Position numbers and translations under genes: made by a program. 32,000 nucleotides of DNA from Corynebacterium amycolatum (GTDB lineage: Bacteria > Actinomycetota > Actinomycetes > Mycobacteriales > Mycobacteriaceae). The notes beneath the pieces are model-generated. The model did not search any database, was not told the origin of the DNA, and saw only the letters and a list, made by a program, of their open reading frames with translations. Location of the stretch: NCBI RefSeq assembly GCF_049243625.1, contig NZ_CP046975.1; one strand, written 5' to 3'. This document shows positions 25,646 to 32,000 of the stretch, in pieces (position 1 is the stretch's first letter; each line of letters begins with the position of its first letter).

Positions 25646-25676
25646 AACGCTTCCAGTCACATGGCAGACTCAAGAC

Positions 25677-26435
25677 ATGAGCCCGCAGACCCAGCCAGGC
25701 CACCAACGACCAAGCCAGGAACAACCAAGCCGCCCACAGCCGAGCCACCAACTCCCAGAACTCATCGGCCGAGTGCGCCGTGTCCGCACCGGGCCGGTAG
25801 TGACGCAAAAGTGGAGCGGCCGTGAAATCAGCACCGGCGCCGCCAAATCACCACGCACGGGCCGCGTAATAGTCGCAGAAAACGGCCTTGACGGCGACGC
25901 CCAGGGCAACTTGAAGGTCCATGGCGGACCAAACAAAGCGATGTGCTGCTACCCATTCGAGTTCATGGCTCAGTGGGCGGCTGATGGATTCGATTTGCCG
26001 GAGGGCGCTTTCTTCGAAAATCTCACGCTAGAAGGCCTTCCTGACCAGGTGGTTTGTCTGGGTGACATCTTCGAACTGAACGATCTGACAGTCCAGGTCA
26101 CGCAACCGCGTCGTCCGTGTGCCACGGTCTCGGCACGTTGGAGTGATCGCCGACTGCCCAGGCTCATGCAGTCGAAGTCCCGTTCCGGCTACTACCTGCG
26201 GGTCCTTCATCCCGGCACCATCGCTGAAGGTGACACCATGCGGCTGGCCAAACGTCTTCCAAGCGCTGTCTCTGTTGCAGAGACCAATCGCGTCATGAAC
26301 ATCGACCGCCAGGACATCGAGGGCATCCACCGTCTCCTCGCCGCCCCTGAGCTTCCGGAGCGGTGGCGAGCAACGCTCTATCGCCGCTTGAACGGCGAGT
26401 TTGAAGACGACACCGCTCGCCTCAGCAAGCCCTGA
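25677..26435 (+). CDS. MOSC domain protein (YiiM-like, with C-terminal 3-alpha helical domain)
   Basis: Motifs DAQGNLKVHGGPNKAMCCYP, FFENLTLEGL, VQVTQPRRPCATV, GYYLRVLHPG and the tail PERWRATLYRRL align with my memory of E. coli YiiM. The track start 25590 overlaps the previous gene, so ATG 25677 is used. GTG 25773 would remove a P/Q-rich 32-aa extension. Confidence 0.85.
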   Translation: MSPQTQPGHQRPSQEQPSRPQPSHQLPELIGRVRRVRTGPVVTQKWSGREISTGAAKSPRTGRVIVAENGLDGDAQGNLKVHGGPNKAMCCYPFEFMAQWAADGFDLPEGAFFENLTLEGLPDQVVCLGDIFELNDLTVQVTQPRRPCATVSARWSDRRLPRLMQSKSRSGYYLRVLHPGTIAEGDTMRLAKRLPSAVSVAETNRVMNIDRQDIEGIHRLLAAPELPERWRATLYRRLNGEFEDDTARLSKP

Positions 26436-26483
26436 ACATAAAAGCGCATATTCTCAATCCGGCCTACCCGTTAAACTGCGCAC

Positions 26484-28100
26484 ATGGCTAGAAACGTCGC
26501 TGATCTACCCACTGCACTTCCTGAACTCGCTATCGACCAGGAGGGGTTTGACGCCCCATCACCGCAGCTCGTCATGCTTAACGACGAACTCGCGAGCCAG
26601 CTCGGTCTCTCCCCACAGTGGCTCCGGTCAGACGCTGGCCTGAAGTTCCTCACTGGCCGCGGAGTCGGCAAGGAAACCGATACCCCACCCGGCGCATACA
26701 CAACCCCGATGGCCACGGCCTACGCCGGCCACCAGTTCGGTAACTTCGCAGGCCTACTCGGTGATGGTCGCGCGCTCTTGCTTGCCACAGTTGAGGCTGA
26801 ACCGGGGCTGACTGGGCTGCCGGATTACCCCAAAGAGACACCCCACAGCGACAACACCCAGGCCTACGAGATTCAGGCGAAAGGCACCGGCCCCACGCCC
26901 TTTTCCCGTGGCGGTGACGGCAAAGTCACGCTGACCTCCGCCCTGCGGGAGTACCTCATCAGCGAAGCCATGTATGCGCTCGGCATCCCCACCACCCGCG
27001 CGCTGGCGGTCGTCAAAACTGGCGAAGAGATTTACCGCGGCTCGCAAACCCCATTCGACAACACCGATCCCACCACCGAACTTCAACCGGGCGGCATTGT
27101 CGTGCGCGTAGCATCCGGCCACCTGCGAGTTGGCACGTTCGAGCTGGTCGCACGCTCCGGAGCGGACACCGGAATCATGGACCGGCTCATCGACTTCGCC
27201 GCGCAGCGGCATGGCTACGAGGGTTCGGCGGAGTCGGTTCTCCGAAACGTCGTTAAGCGGCAAGCCAATCTCGTTGCGGCGTGGCTGGCCTGCGGTTTTG
27301 TCCACGGCGTGATGAACACCGACAATGCCAGCATCGCGGGCGAGACCATCGACTTTGGGCCGTGTGCGTTTCTGGATGCGCACGATCCGCGGGCAGTGTT
27401 TAGCAGTATTGATCGCGGCGGTCGATACGCGTACGGCGCGCAGCCAACAATCGCGGGGTGGAACATGTCGAAGCTCGCGGAGACTTTGCTACCGCATTTC
27501 GCAGGCGCCCCGGAGGATGCCCTCGCACGCGCCCGCGACATCCTGGGAGAATTCGCCGACGAGTTCACCGATGCGCTCAGCCGCAGGTGGCTGCCCAAGT
27601 TGGGGATTCTCCCCTCGCTTTACGACGACCCGCTGGCCATCCCCTTGGTACAGCAGTGGCAGGCGTTGCTGGCGAAGTTTGGGCTCGACCATACGAATGC
27701 TCATCGGGCGCTGATTGAGGCTCTGGCCGATGGTGATGGGCAGGATTTCACTGCGCTGACCGCGCTGACCAGGCTGTCTGATGATTCTGCGCTCCCCGCT
27801 GCCGCGACTGAGTGGGGGCAGTTGTGGCAGTGGACGCGGGAGGAGCTGGGAATCGACCAGACGACGGCCCTGGCACTTATGGAGGAAACAAACCCACTGT
27901 ATATTCCGCGAAACTACCTGGTCACGGAAGCGTTAGCGAAGGCAGGGGCGACGGGAGAAGCAGGGGCGGGAGATTTGGCCGCCTACCGGCACCTGCTGGA
28001 GGCGGTAACCAACCCCTTTGAGTTGCAAGACGTCCCAGCGGGGTTCACTGAGCCGGCACCGCGGGAGTTGGGGGCTTTCCACTCGTACTGCGGGACTTAA
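26484..28100 (+). CDS. selO: Protein adenylyltransferase SelO (YdiU/UPF0061 pseudokinase-fold AMPylase)
   Basis: 538 aa with the family motifs AYAGHQFGNFAGLLGDGRALLL, KGTGPTPFSRGGDG, LRVGTFE and FVHGVMNTDNASIAGETIDFGPCAF. Confidence 0.9.
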   Translation: MARNVADLPTALPELAIDQEGFDAPSPQLVMLNDELASQLGLSPQWLRSDAGLKFLTGRGVGKETDTPPGAYTTPMATAYAGHQFGNFAGLLGDGRALLLATVEAEPGLTGLPDYPKETPHSDNTQAYEIQAKGTGPTPFSRGGDGKVTLTSALREYLISEAMYALGIPTTRALAVVKTGEEIYRGSQTPFDNTDPTTELQPGGIVVRVASGHLRVGTFELVARSGADTGIMDRLIDFAAQRHGYEGSAESVLRNVVKRQANLVAAWLACGFVHGVMNTDNASIAGETIDFGPCAFLDAHDPRAVFSSIDRGGRYAYGAQPTIAGWNMSKLAETLLPHFAGAPEDALARARDILGEFADEFTDALSRRWLPKLGILPSLYDDPLAIPLVQQWQALLAKFGLDHTNAHRALIEALADGDGQDFTALTALTRLSDDSALPAAATEWGQLWQWTREELGIDQTTALALMEETNPLYIPRNYLVTEALAKAGATGEAGAGDLAAYRHLLEAVTNPFELQDVPAGFTEPAPRELGAFHSYCGT

Positions 28101-28151
28101 TGCGCTGGCTTGGCGGCGCTCCGGCGCCCCTCTACCAAGCCCCAAAGCCCA

Positions 28152-28219
28152 CTTCACGACACGGGTGTCACCTCGTGTCAGCTGTGGAGGTGGCATGAGG
28201 TGACATAGCTGTCGTGAAG
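28152..28219. repeat. Imperfect 23-nt-arm inverted repeat (two stems of 10 and 9 bp around a 4x4 internal loop) downstream of selO
   Basis: CTTCACGACACGGGTGTCACCTC (28152-74) pairs with GAGGTGACATAGCTGTCGTGAAG (28197-219), with 19/23 complementary and a 22-nt apical loop. No U-tract follows. Confidence 0.7.
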
Positions 28220-28627
28220 TCGCGGATGGGGCCCGCGGACGGGGCCCGAGGATGGGACCAACGCGAATAAGCCCAACGCGGACGGAGCCTGGCTGAGCGC
28301 CAACGTCGCGGAGCACCAGAGGACAACCCCTGCGGGGGTGCCAGGGTGTCACAGACTTTCACCGCTGCACAGAATTAACTCCCCAATCGAGGGTAAAAGA
28401 CACCGTCAAATAAGGGATGGTTCGCCTGATCAATACTCATATGTTTTTTGGACTTGTAAGGTTAGAGACTGTATTGAACGGTCGTATCCAAACCTTAGAA
28501 TCCGTCACAACCAAAGGTTTCACCACCACCATTGCTAAGCAGCTGGGAGGTGGGTAGCTGAGTCGTTTGGAGTGAGCCGATCACCAAATTCATATCGCCT
28601 AGCTGGCAGAATCTAGAAAGGCTCGCG

Positions 28628-30373
28628 ATGCATAGACCCGTTGCCTCCGGCCCCTTCCACACCCGGCAGGAACTCCGGCGGAAGCTCCGACAGCGAGAGA
28701 AGTTCCGTGCCACAAAACTGCACGCAACAGCGCTCAGCGAAAAAGGAAAGTTCACGCTGCATGTCCGCCAAATCCTGGTGGCTTTGCTGGCAATTGTCCT
28801 ACCGGGCGCTGCACTTGCTGCCTGCAGCACTGACCAGCAACAGGTCGGCGCCGGGTTCATTGTGGTCCAGAACTCCGAACCGCAGTCGCCGCTGTACACC
28901 ACTGACACCAATGAAACCGGTGGTGGCGATATCCTCCGCATGCTCTACTCAGGTCTGGTGCGCTACGACACCGACGGCTCGATGATCCTGGACCATGCGG
29001 CAGAAATTAAGCCCAACGAGGACTCGACTCATTTCGACATCACGCTGAAACCGGGCTGGACCTTCCACAACGGCGAACCCGTCACCGCGCAGAGCTACAT
29101 CGATGCCTGGAATTACGCTGCCTACGGCCCGAACCTGCAGAAGCAGCAGTCCTTCTTCGCCAACGTGCAGGGCTTTGATGCTGTCTCGGGAGAAAAGGCC
29201 ACGGAGAAAACACTCTCCGGTCTGAAAAAGGTCGACGATCTGAAGTTCACCGTAGATCTGACCACCCCAGATTCCTCCTTCCCGCTCAGCCTCGGCTATG
29301 TCGCGTTTATGCCACTGCCGAAGGCAGCGTTCGAAGACAAGAAGGCTTTCGGTGAACACCCCATCGGCAATGGTCCCTACAAGATGGCCGAAGGTCGTGC
29401 GTGGCTGCATAATAACCAGCTGACCTTGGTCAAAAATGATAACTTCGCCGGTGAGCACAAGGCTCGCAACAACGGTCTGGTCTACCGCTTCTACTCGGAC
29501 ATGGACACCGCGTACGCGGATCTCCAGGCAGGCCGCCTGGACACGCTGCCGCGCACCATTCCACCGACGGCGATGGCCAGCTTTGAAACCGACTTCCCTG
29601 ACTCCAGCGCAAACGTCCCAACTTCCTCAGCGCAATACTTCGCAATTCCGCGAAATCTGCCAGGCTTTTCGGGTGAAGAGGGCAAGCTCCGTCGTCAAGC
29701 AATTTCCATGGCGTTTGACCGCCAGCTCATCACTGACAAGATTTTCTTCGGCACGCGCACCCCGGCGCGCGAATTCAGCTCACTGACGCTCGGTGACTTG
29801 GATCCGAATGTGCCTGGGCAGGATGTGTTGAAGTACAACCCGGACAAGGCTCGCAAACTGTGGGCCGAGGCCAACAAAATTGCGCCGTTTACGGGCTCGT
29901 TCGATATTGCCTACAACGCCGACGGCGGGCACCAGCAGTGGGTTGAAGCGGTGACCAACATGATTGGTGAAACCCTCGGAATTGAATCTCACGGCAAGGC
30001 CTACCCGACCTTCAAGCAGCTGCGCGATGAGATCACTAATGAGACCCTGACCAGCGGCTACCGTACCGGCTGGTCAGCGGACTACCCATCGGTTGCCAAC
30101 TACATGATTCCGCAATTCGCCACCGGTGGTTCCGCGAATGACAACCACTACTCGAATCCGAAGTTCGACAAGCTCATTCAGGAAGCGTCCTCGGCAAAGA
30201 GCGCAGAGGAGGCCAAGCCGATTTACGTCAAGGCTCAGTCTGTGCTGATGGAAGACCTGCCTGCAATCCCTCTGTGGTACCCGAATGCTTCGGTGGCGTG
30301 GAACCCGAAGCTGCGTAATGCCGTGGTGATGTGGGATGGCATTTTGGACTACCCAATGATTGAAAAGGACTAG
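28628..30373 (+). CDS. ABC transporter substrate-binding lipoprotein, peptide/nickel family 5 (OppA/DppA-like)
   Basis: 581 aa. It has a lipobox LPGAALAAC (Cys66) and SBP_bac_5-type motifs (LVRYDTDGS, ITLKPGWTFHNGEPVTAQSYIDAW). The only canonical in-frame start before the signal peptide is ATG 28628, which leaves an unusually long, basic pre-signal extension. The start is uncertain. Confidence 0.85.
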   Translation: MHRPVASGPFHTRQELRRKLRQREKFRATKLHATALSEKGKFTLHVRQILVALLAIVLPGAALAACSTDQQQVGAGFIVVQNSEPQSPLYTTDTNETGGGDILRMLYSGLVRYDTDGSMILDHAAEIKPNEDSTHFDITLKPGWTFHNGEPVTAQSYIDAWNYAAYGPNLQKQQSFFANVQGFDAVSGEKATEKTLSGLKKVDDLKFTVDLTTPDSSFPLSLGYVAFMPLPKAAFEDKKAFGEHPIGNGPYKMAEGRAWLHNNQLTLVKNDNFAGEHKARNNGLVYRFYSDMDTAYADLQAGRLDTLPRTIPPTAMASFETDFPDSSANVPTSSAQYFAIPRNLPGFSGEEGKLRRQAISMAFDRQLITDKIFFGTRTPAREFSSLTLGDLDPNVPGQDVLKYNPDKARKLWAEANKIAPFTGSFDIAYNADGGHQQWVEAVTNMIGETLGIESHGKAYPTFKQLRDEITNETLTSGYRTGWSADYPSVANYMIPQFATGGSANDNHYSNPKFDKLIQEASSAKSAEEAKPIYVKAQSVLMEDLPAIPLWYPNASVAWNPKLRNAVVMWDGILDYPMIEKD

Positions 30374-30377
30374 CGCC

Positions 30378-31304
30378 ATGGGTTGGTATATCGGAAAGAG
30401 ACTCCTGCAGATGGTGCCGGTCTTCTTCGGTGCCACGCTGCTGATTTATGCGATGGTCTTCGCCATGCCCGGTGACCCCATCGCCGCATTGGCCGGCGAC
30501 AAGCAGTTGCCGCCGGAGCAGGTCGCTGCGCTGCGCGCGCACTACCACCTGGATGAACCCTTCTTCGTCCAGTACTGGGAATACTTAAAGGGCCTGTTCA
30601 CACTGGATATGGGCGAGACTTTCTCCGGCCGCTCAGTCGGCGAGGAAATTGCTCTGGCCTTCCCCATTACTATTCGCCTGGCACTGATGGCCGTTGCCAT
30701 TGAGGCAATCTTCGGCATCGGCCTTGGCGTCATCGCAGGCATGCGCAAGGGCGGCTTCTTCGACTCCACCGTCCTGGTTCTGTCCCTGCTAGTCATTGCA
30801 ACTCCGACCTTCGTGCTCGGCTTCGTTGCCCGCTACCTCTTCGGTGTGCGCTGGCACATTGTCTCCCCCACTGTCGGTAGCGATGCGTCCTTTACTTCCC
30901 TGCTACTTCCGGCATTCGTGCTGGGTCTCGTCTCGGTTGCTTATGTTCTGCGACTGACGCGCTCGGAGGTTTCGTCGGCACGCCATGCTGACTTCGTGCG
31001 CACCGCCCGCGCCAAGGGCTTGCCAACCTCTGAAGTCACCCGCCGCCACATCTTGCGTAACTCGCTGATTCCCGTTGTGACCTTCATCGGCGCTGATCTC
31101 GCCGCTCTGATGGGTGGCGCAATCGTCACCGAGGGCATCTTCAACGTGCCCGGTATCGGTGGCCTGATCTTCCACGCCGTCCAGATTGGTGAAGCTCCCA
31201 CCGTGGTCAGCATCGTGACCATCCTGGTGGTTATTTACATGTTCGCCAACTTGCTCATCGACTTGCTCTACGCAGTCCTGGATCCGAGGATTCGTTATGC
31301 CTAA
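30378..31304 (+). CDS. ABC peptide transporter permease (OppB/DppB-like)
   Basis: ATG 30378 lies 4 nt after the upstream stop (the track start 30360 overlaps it). The N-terminus MGWYIGKRLLQMVPVFFGATLLIYAMVFAMPGDP is typical of this family, as is the EAA-loop region RTARAKGL. Confidence 0.9.
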   Translation: MGWYIGKRLLQMVPVFFGATLLIYAMVFAMPGDPIAALAGDKQLPPEQVAALRAHYHLDEPFFVQYWEYLKGLFTLDMGETFSGRSVGEEIALAFPITIRLALMAVAIEAIFGIGLGVIAGMRKGGFFDSTVLVLSLLVIATPTFVLGFVARYLFGVRWHIVSPTVGSDASFTSLLLPAFVLGLVSVAYVLRLTRSEVSSARHADFVRTARAKGLPTSEVTRRHILRNSLIPVVTFIGADLAALMGGAIVTEGIFNVPGIGGLIFHAVQIGEAPTVVSIVTILVVIYMFANLLIDLLYAVLDPRIRYA

Positions 31305-32000
31305 GCCAGATTCGACGCAGTTAGATTCGACTCAGCCAGAAAAGCAGGCCAACACCGCACAGGCCAACACCGCGCAGGCACCAAATCCGGCGACGAACCC
31401 CGACCACAAGCAGCTGCCCGACAACCCACCACTTGGTCTGTGGGGTTCAGCCTGGCAGAACCTGCGTTACCGCCCACTGTTCTGGGTTTCCGCATTCATC
31501 ATTTTGCTCTCCATCGCAGTGGCCGCGTTCCCGTCGCTGTTTACCTCGGTGGATCCGTCGGCAGCTAACCTGCGCGACTCCCTGGCACCGGCCCGCGACG
31601 GCCACCCCATGGGCTTCACGCAGCAGGGCTACGACGTCTACGCCCGCGTCATCTACGGTGCCCGCGCCTCGGTCATCGTCGGTATCGGCGTCACCCTGGC
31701 CGTGACCATCGTCGGCATCATCCTCGGCGCCATCGCTGGCTATCTGGGAGGATGGGTCGATGCGGTGCTCTCTCGCATCACGGACATGTTCTTTGCCATT
31801 CCACTGATTCTGGCCGGCATCGTGCTGATGCAACTGTTTACCGAACGCACCATCTGGTCCGTGGTCTTCGTGCTCGCTGCTTTCGGCTGGCCGCAGATGG
31901 CGCGCGTAGTGCGCTCCTCGGTGATTTCGGTGAAGAACGAGGAATACGTCACCGCTTCCAAGGCGCTCGGTCTGTCCAACACTGGCATTCTCTTCCGCCA
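31297..32000 (+). CDS. ABC peptide transporter permease (OppC/DppC-like), partial (runs off the window end)
   Basis: Not in the ORF track because no stop falls inside the window. My translation from ATG 31297 (8-nt overlap with the upstream gene) gives MPKPDSTQLDSTQPEKQANTAQANTAQAPNP...LWGSAWQNLRYRPLFWVSAFIILLSI...GYDVYARVIYGARASVIVGIGVTLAVTIVGIILGAIAGYLGGWVDAVLSRITDMFFAIPLIL...VTASKALGLSN. These are typical OppC motifs. Confidence 0.85.
   Translation, partial: MPKPDSTQLDSTQPEKQANTAQANTAQAPNPATNPDHKQLPDNPPLGLWGSAWQNLRYRPLFWVSAFIILLSIAVAAFPSLFTSVDPSAANLRDSLAPARDGHPMGFTQQGYDVYARVIYGARASVIVGIGVTLAVTIVGIILGAIAGYLGGWVDAVLSRITDMFFAIPLILAGIVLMQLFTERTIWSVVFVLAAFGWPQMARVVRSSVISVKNEEYVTASKALGLSNTGILFR
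31306..31381 (+). repeat. Two adjacent in-frame 15-bp tandem duplications in the 5' end of the OppC-like gene
   Basis: ccagattcgacgcag/ttagattcgactcag (31306-35) encodes PDSTQ/LDSTQ. caggccaacaccgca/caggccaacaccgcg/caggca (31346-81) encodes QANTA/QANTA/QA. Confidence 0.9.

Noticed and set aside
24118-25671. GCAGACTC 8-mer at 24118-25 and 25664-71 as a target-site duplication flanking the islet
   Set aside because: An 8-mer recurring once in 32 kb is within chance expectation. The left copy is simply part of the 18-bp hairpin arm.
28338-28538. 66-aa ORF ending in HHHHC within the selO-oppA spacer
   Set aside because: It has no RBS, spans a sharp GC-to-AT compositional shift, and has no motif or hydrophobic segment.
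1-32000. Scan for CRISPR arrays, tRNA/rRNA genes, transposases, integrases and phage genes
   Set aside because: I found no regularly spaced repeat-spacer array, no tRNA-like T-arm (GGTTCGAATCC-type) outside coding sequence, and no ORF with transposase or integrase motifs.

Overview
This is a densely coding, high-GC actinobacterial chromosome segment. Gene content and order point to Corynebacteriales, most likely a Corynebacterium: an AftD-type arabinofuranosyltransferase, DUF2613- and DUF3068-like proteins, an acyltransferase-3/GT4/methyltransferase cluster recalling M. tuberculosis Rv0224c-Rv0228 plus Rv0236c/Rv0236A, and a DtxR-like iron box.

Left to right:
- The 5' end of a response regulator, a HisKA_3 sensor kinase and a CynX-like MFS transporter, all on the minus strand and probably one operon.
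- A UspA-family protein.
- The cell-envelope locus (3.6-14.1 kb).
- A five-gene iron-siderophore ABC uptake plus siderophore-interacting reductase operon behind a DtxR-like box.
- ohr (minus strand), bracketed by a 30-bp direct repeat.
- fadA-fadB with a strong intrinsic terminator.
- A roughly 1.6-kb lower-GC islet with atypical codon usage. It carries an 88-nt compound hairpin, a twice-repeated TATCCACAG (DnaA-box-like) motif and an orphan AbiEi-like/DUF559 nuclease-like ORF.
- A YiiM-like MOSC protein and SelO.
- A 527-bp spacer, partly GC-rich and highly structured.
- The start of an Opp/Dpp-type peptide ABC operon.

Two genes that run off the window edges are missing from the ORF track, and I translated them by hand: the response regulator at 1-197 and the OppC-like permease at 31297-32000. 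I saw no tRNA, rRNA, CRISPR array, transposase or integrase.

I do not see a clear-cut new multi-gene system such as a defence island. The best leads are:
1. The partly uncharacterised envelope locus.
2. The fadB-MOSC islet with its hairpin, repeats and orphan antitoxin/nuclease-like ORF.
3. The repeat-bracketed ohr module.
4. The structured spacer downstream of selO.

All functional calls rest on motifs I read in the translations. No database search was possible.
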